Shown: piece by piece, positions 56,168 through 63,605 of the stretch
How the letters are laid out: every line of letters begins with the position of its first letter
How positions within the stretch are numbered: position 1 is the stretch's first letter
IMG/VR virus record: IMGVR_UViG_3300046779_001075
Span: 1 to 63,605 of that record
Strand: one strand, 5' to 3'
DNA from: a virus
Lineage: Duplodnaviria > Caudoviricetes
DNA length: 63,605 nucleotides
Translations under genes and position numbers: made by a program
Notes under the pieces: model-generated
Database searches by the model: none
What the model was told of the DNA's origin: nothing
What the model saw: the letters and a program-made list of their open reading frames with translations, nothing else

Positions 56168-56357
56168 CGTAGTTCTCCGTTCGTTGCACAAGGTCTTTGA
56201 CAATGGTTTCTGCATGTGTGAGACCTCGGATCACACCGCAGACGTGACGATACTCGTCAAACGTTTTGGCACCACCTCCAGCGAGGTGGGTTTCTTGATC
56301 GCTTCGGAGCTTGTCGATCTCCTTGGCGATGTAACTCAGTAACTTGTAGCTGTCCAA
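56160..56357 (-). CDS. Conserved small protein after portal
   Basis: FDEYRHVCGVIRGL motif. Confidence 0.7.
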   Translation of the reverse strand: MDSYKLLSYIAKEIDKLRSDQETHLAGGGAKTFDEYRHVCGVIRGLTHAETIVKDLVQRTENYDE

Positions 56358-58829
56358 TTAGCCCTCCTTGCGCGGTGTGCGGTTCTGCCCAGCCCGCTGC
56401 TGTGCGGCACGCTGCTGCATCATCTGAGCGCGGTGTTTGGCCGCGTCCACACCGATGCGCACACCCTCGAGCTCCTGCTGCTTGGCCAGCTTGTCGCGTG
56501 CAGCTGCGGCTGTCGCGCTCACCTGCATAGCGGCAATCTCTTTTTGCGCCTCGATGCGAGCCTTCTCGATCTCCAACTGGTCTGCCTTGGCAGCTGCGTC
56601 GATCTGCTGCTTCTGCGCCTTGAGTTGCAACTCCTGCTGCTTGATCTGGAGTTCCTGCTGCTGCATCTGCACAACTGGGTCCTGCATCTGCTGCTGAGCT
56701 TGCTGTTGTGCGGCCTCCTGCTGGTTGCGCTGCAACAACTGCTTGGACGCTTGAGCGGCCATGATGGCGATCTGGTCGGCCTGCTCGGACGACAAGTTCT
56801 TCTGCTGCTCTTCGCCCGGCAGCACCATGCCCATCTGCTCCTCGATCTGGCGACGGTACTCGAACGCCACGTGCTCGTTGATGTGCGCCATCATCGCAGC
56901 CTGCAGAGCTTGCGCCTGTGGGTTCTGGCCAACGATCTGCATGATCTTGGGGTCCTGCATCGCAGCCATGTGCACACCCAAATGCGCCTGATGGTTCTGC
57001 TCCATGAACGCCTTGACCGGCTTGCCTGTCAGGATGTTCTGGTTCTCCTGCACTGGGTCGGTCGGCACAGCGTCGTCCTCGATCGGCACGAGCTTGGCAG
57101 CGTTCTTGATGCCCAGCACCTCGATCATCTGGCGGTGCAACAGCGGCAAGTCATACAACTGCGGCGCAGTCTGCGCCAGCTGCAACACGGCCTGATACTG
57201 CACAACCTTCTGCGCCATAGTGGCAGCGTTGGGGTCGCTCACGGGGATCACGTCCACCAAGTCGTAATCAGCCTTCTTCGCCGAGCGTTTTGCATCAACT
57301 GGCTCGTAAGAGTACTCTTCTGGCGTGTAATCCGCAATAATGACCTTAAGAAGCTTGAACTCCTGCTTCATCGCGTAGTGCAATCGGGCCTGAACAGCCG
57401 ACATCACCTTGAGTGTGCGCTCAAGCAGCGCCAGCGTAGTACCCACAGGGGCTTGGCTGCTCATATCTGACACGTTCATGTCGCCAGATGACGCGAAACT
57501 GCGGCCTTCTTGCACGATCTGGTTGAACAGCGTGAACAGAACTTGCGACGGTTCCTTGTATGGAAGAGGCAAAATGTTGTCGCGGATCGAGCCAGATGGC
57601 ACGTCCACATCGCGGAACTCACCGGGCTGGATCGGTGTGTCATCGCCCTTGATGCGCAAGCCGCGTGACTTGAGGCCACCGGGCAAGTTGCTCAACGTGC
57701 CAGCGTCAATCAGCTGACGGATCAGCATCGTTGCGCTCTTGGCGTAGCCGCCGATCAAGTGAATCAAGCCGTAGCCGTAGAAGCCAAAGCCCGGGATGTA
57801 CTGGTAGTGCACGAAGTGTTGGCGCTTGAGCTTGAGAGGATCGTCCTCGTACCAATTCCTACGAACAGCCAAAATCTTGCGAGTGCCCTTCTCAACAGTC
57901 ACCACGTATGGCAGCGCAATGCCTGTCTTCTCACCGTTCTCGTCCTTGTCCTCAAAGCCCTCGAGGTCCAACGTGACGTGCATCTCGAGCAAACGGAAGC
58001 GGTCGTCCTGAATGGCGGACATGCCGTTCTCTTCAGCCTTTTGCTTCTCAATGTCGTCCAACTCCACGATCGGCTCGCCCAAGTCCTCGTCCAGATAGAA
58101 CCCAGCATGCTGCAGCTTCTTGAGCTCGTTGGCTGTCTTGCGCATCACGTGCGTCACACGCTCAGCGTCCTCGACGTTACTCGCGCCGTACGGCACCACG
58201 ATGTCTTCAGCGGGGATGAACGTAGCAACTTGGCGACCCTTGGATGGATCGAAGTACACTTTCTTGAACGCACTGCCCGCCAGTGGCAGTGACCACAACA
58301 GCTTCTCGTGCTCGGAGCGATACTCAGTCATCACTTCAGTGAGCTGATAGTTCATGTCCTCACGCACACGGGCCGACGCTTCTTCACGCAGCACGTCGAT
58401 CGCACCAACGATCTGAGTCTTCACAGGCCCCATAGCCGGGAAGGTCTCCATCATTGCCTCAGACTGGAAACGCACAACCGACTCAGTCAGCATGGGGTGG
58501 AACACACCACACGCACCTTGCCACGGCTCAGTGCGGTCTTCGTACTTCAGGCCCAGCAGCTTCAGACCATCTACATATGTCTGAATCCAATCCTTGCGGT
58601 CGTTGGTATCTTTATCAAAGTCACCGACCAGCTCTTCACCCAGTGTGGCCAACACAGAGTCGTCCAAGAACTCAGCAAGGTTGGCATCGAACTCATCAGC
58701 GGTGCCTACTGTCTCCTCGACCAGCTCTTCTTCACCGTCGATCGGTTCAAGCTCCAGCTCTATTTCCAACTCAGGGAGCTCGGCCAAATCTGACAAGCCC
58801 ATCGGCGCTGCGTACAAACCTTTTTCCAT
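56358..58829 (-). CDS. Portal protein (P22-like, long C-terminal coiled coil)
   Basis: Follows terL; HPMLTE, GSAFKKVY, GFYGYGL, Gln-rich helical tail. Confidence 0.88.
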   Translation of the reverse strand: MEKGLYAAPMGLSDLAELPELEIELELEPIDGEEELVEETVGTADEFDANLAEFLDDSVLATLGEELVGDFDKDTNDRKDWIQTYVDGLKLLGLKYEDRTEPWQGACGVFHPMLTESVVRFQSEAMMETFPAMGPVKTQIVGAIDVLREEASARVREDMNYQLTEVMTEYRSEHEKLLWSLPLAGSAFKKVYFDPSKGRQVATFIPAEDIVVPYGASNVEDAERVTHVMRKTANELKKLQHAGFYLDEDLGEPIVELDDIEKQKAEENGMSAIQDDRFRLLEMHVTLDLEGFEDKDENGEKTGIALPYVVTVEKGTRKILAVRRNWYEDDPLKLKRQHFVHYQYIPGFGFYGYGLIHLIGGYAKSATMLIRQLIDAGTLSNLPGGLKSRGLRIKGDDTPIQPGEFRDVDVPSGSIRDNILPLPYKEPSQVLFTLFNQIVQEGRSFASSGDMNVSDMSSQAPVGTTLALLERTLKVMSAVQARLHYAMKQEFKLLKVIIADYTPEEYSYEPVDAKRSAKKADYDLVDVIPVSDPNAATMAQKVVQYQAVLQLAQTAPQLYDLPLLHRQMIEVLGIKNAAKLVPIEDDAVPTDPVQENQNILTGKPVKAFMEQNHQAHLGVHMAAMQDPKIMQIVGQNPQAQALQAAMMAHINEHVAFEYRRQIEEQMGMVLPGEEQQKNLSSEQADQIAIMAAQASKQLLQRNQQEAAQQQAQQQMQDPVVQMQQQELQIKQQELQLKAQKQQIDAAAKADQLEIEKARIEAQKEIAAMQVSATAAAARDKLAKQQELEGVRIGVDAAKHRAQMMQQRAAQQRAGQNRTPRKEG

Positions 58830-58838
58830 ATCGTGTCC

Positions 58839-60386
58839 TTACACTGTGTAGAACCGCTCTTTGCGGTGACTTCGGAACCATTGAATATCCTCGGGCTCAT
58901 CACTTGGCAGTCGCAAGAACCCACCCTGACGGAAACGCATAAGCGCCAAAGTAGTCGCGTCAACCAAGTCGTCATGCTCGCCCGCCGGAAACGCAGCGAT
59001 CTCGTCCACTAACTCTTCAGCCCAGCGGGTGCGGGGAACCCACACCTTCCCAGACGCAATTATGTCTGAGACTGAGTTCAAGCGGGCAATTTTGTCCTGA
59101 CCCTTGCTCGGCGTGTACTCCATCACCGGGATACCCATCGCCCTCAGTTCGTAGATCAGCGGCGCACCTGTCGCCTTCTTCTCGATCAACAACCCATCTG
59201 GTTCATAGTCGTTGTACTCGCGCAGCACATCCTTCTTGAGCTCCACCCACTCAACCCGCTTCTTGTACGTATTGAGCAAGATGATGTTCTTCGACTGGTC
59301 CTTGTGGTGAGTGAAAATCCCCCACGTCGTGCCCGCTGAATAGTCGGCCCGTTGGCTTTTCTCAAACGCCGTGTCCCATGTCTGCAAGATGTACTCACAC
59401 TCTGGCGGGTTCTCCTCCTCCCACCACTGCCACCAATCCCGCTTGATGATGGCCGACTCGTTACCCACAGGGTTCTGTTGATACTGCGCCTGCCACTTGG
59501 CGTTCGGGAGTTCCTCCTGCAGCGCTGTCAACTCCTCCAGCGACCAGAACTCTGGCCATAAGGGTTTACCACTAGGCAAAATCGCAGGAAACTCGATCAC
59601 TTTCCACTGCTCACCGCCCCGTTGGGCAGCAGCCTTGAGCACCTGACCGGTCAAATCCCGCTGAGCCCAGCGAGTCATCACGATCACGATCGCCCCACCG
59701 GGCTGCAAACGCTGACGCGGGCCTGACGTGTACCACTCCGTGACCTTGTCGAACACATCTGCGTTGGTTGCGGCCATCGCCGCCTCCTGTTCGGAGTGCG
59801 GATCGTCAATAATCAGCAGGTCAGCACCCTTACCCGTCACCGTACCGCCCACACCGATCGCAAAATAGTCACCATTTTTGCTGGTGTTCCACCGACCGGC
59901 AGCTTTTGAGTCCGCACGCAGCTCCAAACTGGGGAAAAGGTCCTTATAAGTCTCCGAATCCACCAAATTTCGCACTTTTCGACCGAAACCTACCGCCAAT
60001 TCCGCAGTATTTGAGCTCTGGATAACCTTCTTATGAGGAAAACGACCCAAAAACCAAGCGGGGAGAAGGTAGGACGCAAATTCTGACTTGGTGTGCCGTG
60101 GCGGCATGTTGATGATGAGTCTTTTACAGGTGCCATTTGCTACTTCCTCGAAGGCTTTGGCCATAATCTTGTGGTGACGCCCGCCGATGAACTCCGGCCA
60201 GACCTTATTGACGAACCCCATGAACGTCTCGCGGGCAAATTGCTTCTCCGCCAACTCCTCCCGGCGGGTCAGGTCCTCCAGCACCTTCGCTTTTTGCGCA
60301 TCGGTGAGCTTGTCCAGATTCGCCAGCAGAGCTTTGAGCTCTGCATCCATCTGTGGAACAGGAATCTCTTTACGCGACATGGTCAC
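58839..60386 (-). CDS. terL: Terminase large subunit
   Basis: NMPPRHTKS, LIIDDPH, MTRW, YQQNP, WDTA, HDDLVDA. Confidence 0.95.
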   Translation of the reverse strand: MTMSRKEIPVPQMDAELKALLANLDKLTDAQKAKVLEDLTRREELAEKQFARETFMGFVNKVWPEFIGGRHHKIMAKAFEEVANGTCKRLIINMPPRHTKSEFASYLLPAWFLGRFPHKKVIQSSNTAELAVGFGRKVRNLVDSETYKDLFPSLELRADSKAAGRWNTSKNGDYFAIGVGGTVTGKGADLLIIDDPHSEQEAAMAATNADVFDKVTEWYTSGPRQRLQPGGAIVIVMTRWAQRDLTGQVLKAAAQRGGEQWKVIEFPAILPSGKPLWPEFWSLEELTALQEELPNAKWQAQYQQNPVGNESAIIKRDWWQWWEEENPPECEYILQTWDTAFEKSQRADYSAGTTWGIFTHHKDQSKNIILLNTYKKRVEWVELKKDVLREYNDYEPDGLLIEKKATGAPLIYELRAMGIPVMEYTPSKGQDKIARLNSVSDIIASGKVWVPRTRWAEELVDEIAAFPAGEHDDLVDATTLALMRFRQGGFLRLPSDEPEDIQWFRSHRKERFYTV

Positions 60387-61137
60387 CCTCAGCGGGCGTG
60401 GCGGGCTTGACGGGATACTCGAGCAAATCTACCGTTTCTATAGGAGACGGCACTTCTTCAACAACGTCAGGACCGAACTCTGCATCAAGATCAATGTCCA
60501 CCGGAGTCACATCTGTCACCCCTTGGGCCATCAGCATCTTCCGAACCTTATCTTTGATCGCCGCGTCCAAGTCCGTCACGTTGTTGTACGTCACGGTGAT
60601 CTCAGTCTTCTCAGAGAACAAGCCCACATCGCTGATCTTACCCAGCATCTCTGTCGCTTTGATCTCAATCCTTGGGTCTCCGCACGACGCAAGGTCCAGC
60701 AGTTTGTTCGTAACCACCAGCCGCATCTGTGCGGCATCCGCCACAAACTCGTTGCTGTACTCACGCAGCATGTTCCCGATGCGGTCAGCGACCGACAGGT
60801 CATATAGTGCGGGTGGGTTGACACGGTCCGCTGTGGACAAGCTCGGTTGTGTCGTGGTGTGCACCTTACGTGGCCGACCCCTGCCTCGTTTTTCTGGTGG
60901 GGGCTCGGGCTGCATCGCCCGCTGGTACTGTGACTCGATCAAAGAACTGAAGTCCTTGAAAATTTGATCCGCCTGCTCTTGCGCTTCGGGCGCGTCGTCG
61001 GGTTCAGCACCGAGTCCTTTGAGCAGCTCCGCTGTGTTGGCGGCAATCTGCATGTTCTCGCGCAGGGTCGTAGCCATCTCCGGCGATAAGTCGTCGGGAT
61101 ATGGAACAGTTTTGTCAGGCGTTATATGTAATGTCAT
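60370..61137 (-). CDS. terS: Terminase small subunit (putative)
   Basis: Directly upstream of terL; KATEMLGKISDVGLFSEK; AT-hook-like KRGRGRPRK. Confidence 0.65.
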   Translation of the reverse strand: MTLHITPDKTVPYPDDLSPEMATTLRENMQIAANTAELLKGLGAEPDDAPEAQEQADQIFKDFSSLIESQYQRAMQPEPPPEKRGRGRPRKVHTTTQPSLSTADRVNPPALYDLSVADRIGNMLREYSNEFVADAAQMRLVVTNKLLDLASCGDPRIEIKATEMLGKISDVGLFSEKTEITVTYNNVTDLDAAIKDKVRKMLMAQGVTDVTPVDIDLDAEFGPDVVEEVPSPIETVDLLEYPVKPATPAEGDHVA

Positions 61138-61165
61138 AGAGGAAAGAAGGCACTCCATGTGGGTT

Positions 61166-61259
61166 GCTGGTACTCGCTGCGTCTGGTGGTCCTGATGGCG
61201 CATGAACTTAATCACTGCCAACAGGTCAGTCGTGGTCCACCAGCATCCGCTTTCCCAAC
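61166..61259 (-). ncRNA. Candidate structured RNA leader of late operon
   Basis: Three stacked stems around internal loop GAAAGCGGAUG/ACGCAGCGAGUA. Confidence 0.55.
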
Positions 61260-61266
61260 GGAGCGA

Positions 61267-61296
61267 ACTGTAACAGAAATACTGCGGTGTGTGCAA
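61267..61296 (-). promoter_or_regulatory. Possible late-operon promoter
   Basis: TTGCAC-18-TACAGT with TG extension; start would fall at the 5' end of the RNA structure. Confidence 0.5.
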
Positions 61297-61696
61297 GAGG
61301 AGGTTGGGACTCCTACCCGGGGGCCTGCGGCAGGCTGGCGTTTGCGCAAACCTCTCCAGAAATTTTGGTACCCCCCGGGGGGTCTCGAATAAGAAGAGAA
61401 GGGGGTGGGTTTTAAATTTTGTTCTTCAAATGTGCAAAACACTGTGTATGGTGTCCGGGTCCCCCGATGTGGCTGTGTCGGGGGGTGCCCCTCCGGTGGG
61501 GTCGGCGATTTCTGAAAAACCACAGTGGTAGCCGGAGGCTGAGAATTTTTATTTTTTGATAGAGCTAGCACTGCGCGGGCGATACATTCATTGCTTATAC
61601 ATTGCGCCATTGATTACTTGCGTGTGCGGTTTCCCCCTAATTTGTATGGTAAGCGTATAGTTATATACATGGGCAGGAAATGACATTCCCTGCTCT

Positions 61697-61725
61697 GAAC
61701 AAAGCGACATTCGGTCGGTTTGTTC
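61697..61725. promoter_or_regulatory. 29-bp spaced palindrome, copy 8
   Basis: GAAC AAA GCGACA TTC GGTCGG TTT GTTC. Confidence 0.82.
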
Positions 61726-61764
61726 GGCGCTTATGCCACTCATTCTTTTTTATTGGAGAATCAA

Positions 61765-62424
61765 ATGTCTGCTTCTGTTAATTCCGCTGTTGCGGCTGTC
61801 CCTGCTTCTGATGTTGCCTTGTTCAACGGCGCACCGATCGAGTCGTCCCTGATCGAAACCCTCGAACAGTTGGGCCGTGACTATCAGACCGCTGAGGATG
61901 CTCAGGCCGTTGCGATTCGTTCGCTGAGCAAGTGTGATGTGGCCTTGTTCGATATCGTCAAGGGCTTGCCTTACGCTGAGTTCAAAACTGTGCGTGGCTT
62001 TGTGGTCAATGGTCTGCGTGACAAGGGTTCACCCTCTGACGATGCCGCTGGCAAAACTTGGGAGCGTGCTATCAATCGCATTGCATCGTCATGCGGCTTT
62101 GAGCGTCCTAAGGCGACAAGCGAAGCGGCTGAGCGCATGGCTAAAAAGCGGGCTGAGCTGGCCGCAAAGTTCGCTGACAAGTCAGACGGCGAGTTGCTTG
62201 AGTTGCGCTCTGAGCTGGCCGCCAAGGGTGACACTAAGTCCTTGGCTCAGGCTCGCATCATTGCCAAAGAGTTGGAGACACGCGAAAAGCCAGCATTGGA
62301 TGCGGCTCAGGGTCTGCGCGTTCAAATGCGTGACAAGCTGATTGCTCGTGCCAAAGAATTGTGCAAAGCGGGCACTACTGACGCTGACAATATGTTGATC
62401 GCGGCTTTGCAAGCTGTGGCTTAA
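61765..62424 (+). CDS. Hypothetical Ala-rich helical early protein
   Basis: GGAG RBS; first gene of + strand block. Confidence 0.8.
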   Translation: MSASVNSAVAAVPASDVALFNGAPIESSLIETLEQLGRDYQTAEDAQAVAIRSLSKCDVALFDIVKGLPYAEFKTVRGFVVNGLRDKGSPSDDAAGKTWERAINRIASSCGFERPKATSEAAERMAKKRAELAAKFADKSDGELLELRSELAAKGDTKSLAQARIIAKELETREKPALDAAQGLRVQMRDKLIARAKELCKAGTTDADNMLIAALQAVA

Positions 62425-62437
62425 CCAAGGGGGCATC

Positions 62438-62629
62438 ATGAATGACATTCATGCTCTGCCCGCCTACGGGCGGGATTACAAGTCCAAGGCGGCTGTCTTG
62501 GCTGATTGGCAAGCGGGCAAAGATTTCCTTTGCGCTGTCTCGGGTCGGTACTTGAGCGTTCGGGATTCCCTGCCCGCGCAAGTGTGGATTCGCTACGCGA
62601 AGCTGACCAAGTTGGTTCGCGTTCAATAA
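62438..62629 (+). CDS. Conserved small early phage protein
   Basis: PAYGRDYKSK....DWQAGKDF motif. Confidence 0.72.
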   Translation: MNDIHALPAYGRDYKSKAAVLADWQAGKDFLCAVSGRYLSVRDSLPAQVWIRYAKLTKLVRVQ

Positions 62630-62690
62630 ACCCTGCCCGCCCTGCTTGTCGGGGCGGGCTTCATCCCTTTCTTTCTTTTGGAGTGTTCCC

Positions 62691-62891
62691 ATGTTCTATG
62701 GTGCTGTTAAGTTTTTCACTTTCGTTTCCACTGCTCAGGGCGATGGTTCGTTTCGCATTAAGCGTGTAACCCTTGCTACGGTCTATTGCGATTACGCTGA
62801 CGCTGGCGACAAGCTGATCGCGTTTCGCGAAGCGAACAAAAACATTCGCGACATTCACGCCCGATTCGAGTACATAGAGAATCTGGGTTGA
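62691..62891 (+). CDS. Hypothetical protein
   Basis: GGAG RBS; followed by hairpin. Confidence 0.6.
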   Translation: MFYGAVKFFTFVSTAQGDGSFRIKRVTLATVYCDYADAGDKLIAFREANKNIRDIHARFEYIENLG

Positions 62892-62896
62892 TCTTT

Positions 62897-62925
62897 GCCC
62901 GCCATGTTTCGGCATGGCGGGCTTT
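62897..62925 (+). terminator. GC-rich hairpin, probable terminator
   Basis: GCCCGCCATG-TTTCGG-CATGGCGGGC-TTT. Confidence 0.7.
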
Positions 62926-63100
62926 GATGCCAGTCACTGTATTGATGCCAGTTCTGTAACCAACGAACGGAGTAGTCGATGAACGGCGTAGCTCGTAGCG
63001 AGCAACGGGCGAGTCCCTGTTCAGCGTGGCGGGCGATGAATCGCGTCGCACACTAGGTTCTTACTTGATACCAGTCACTGGAAGAAACGGGGTAGGCCAC

Positions 63101-63129
63101 GAACAAACCGACAGTTCGTCGGATTATTC
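63101..63129. promoter_or_regulatory. 29-bp spaced palindrome, copy 9
   Basis: GAAC AAA CCGACA GTT CGTCGG ATT ATTC. Confidence 0.82.
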
Positions 63130-63559
63130 TATTCTTTACATACACAAGATTGCCCAGACCGCACGGCCCGCTCGCCAAGTGTGCAATAGGTTAAGTTTAG
63201 TATTACATTCTAACGGCAACATATCTTTATTCGCCCTCAACGGGCAAGGCGGGCATCACCCCCAAACCCGCACCACATAAGGCTTAGCGGGCAACGCACC
63301 TCAGCTACGACAAGCACCCATTTAATAATGTTCAGGTCGCGCTCACGGTAACAGGCGAAACCCCCTATGCAACAGGCGCTATTTTTTCTTCCTCCCAACG
63401 GGCAAGTCCTTGATTTTATTGAACTTCTTCTTATACTATACTTAAATAAAAATAATAATAAACAACATGCGGCCAAAAATTAAAACTATGAAGAGACCTA
63501 GGAATCCCCCTCTTCCAAGGCTTCACCCGACCTCCCGCCGCGCCCACCTCGCCGCCGCT

Positions 63560-63605
63560 CTCTTCCCCTCTTTCACAATTCCAAAAGATGGCCGCATGGT
63601 ATTTA
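63560..63605 (+). repeat. Terminal direct repeat / circular overlap, right copy
   Basis: 43/46 identity to 1-46. Confidence 0.9.

Larger units (their letters stand above)
1..63605. mobile_element. Complete or near-complete tailed dsDNA bacteriophage genome, podovirus-like
   Basis: Terminase, portal, capsid, tail, lysis and replication modules in two divergent blocks; ends overlap by 46 bp. Confidence 0.96.

Noticed and set aside
61212-61610. 132-aa minus-strand ORF and long N-terminal extension of terS to 61296
   Set aside because: Low-complexity, no RBS; the region is better explained as promoter plus structured leader
62960-63060. tRNA gene
   Set aside because: No T-loop GTTCRA in a cloverleaf context and no acceptor stem
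1-63605. Integrase, CI repressor, spanins or alternative genetic code
   Set aside because: No recognisable motifs; standard code gives dense, intact gene coverage on both blocks

Overview
The window is an essentially complete ~63.6 kb tailed dsDNA phage genome (Caudoviricetes). Its two ends overlap by an imperfect 46-bp repeat, so it reads as a circle. The + strand (about 61.7 kb, through the junction, to 21.9 kb) carries an early/host-takeover region: small genes, a TraR/DksA-like Zn finger, a MoxR AAA+ ATPase, an HExxH-VWA protein and a DUF3150-like protein. A replication region follows: VRR-NUC nuclease, family A DNA polymerase, Cas4-like exonuclease, SNF2 helicase, SSB-like protein and primase-helicase. 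The - strand (61.1 to 22.0 kb) carries terminase, portal, GroES-like chaperonin, scaffold, major capsid, a glycosyltransferase, a cluster of small basic proteins, tail and fibre genes, lysis genes and three large ejection/internal proteins. This gives a podovirus-like layout with no tape measure, tube or sheath gene recognised. No integrase, tRNA, CRISPR array or reverse transcriptase was seen. A Gram-negative host is inferred from the sigma70 promoters and a Rap1a-like periplasmic protein. The strongest unexplained signals are: (1) nine copies of a 29-bp spaced palindrome at early gene boundaries; (2) a [MYF][AK]xGG peptide motif shared by two ejection proteins and five small basic proteins, a candidate capsid-cargo tag; (3) a 57-aa gene with its own strong RBS overprinted inside the 2335-aa ejection protein; (4) a candidate anti-RBS small RNA and three structured RNA leaders. 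All family assignments come from motif recognition by eye, not database searches.
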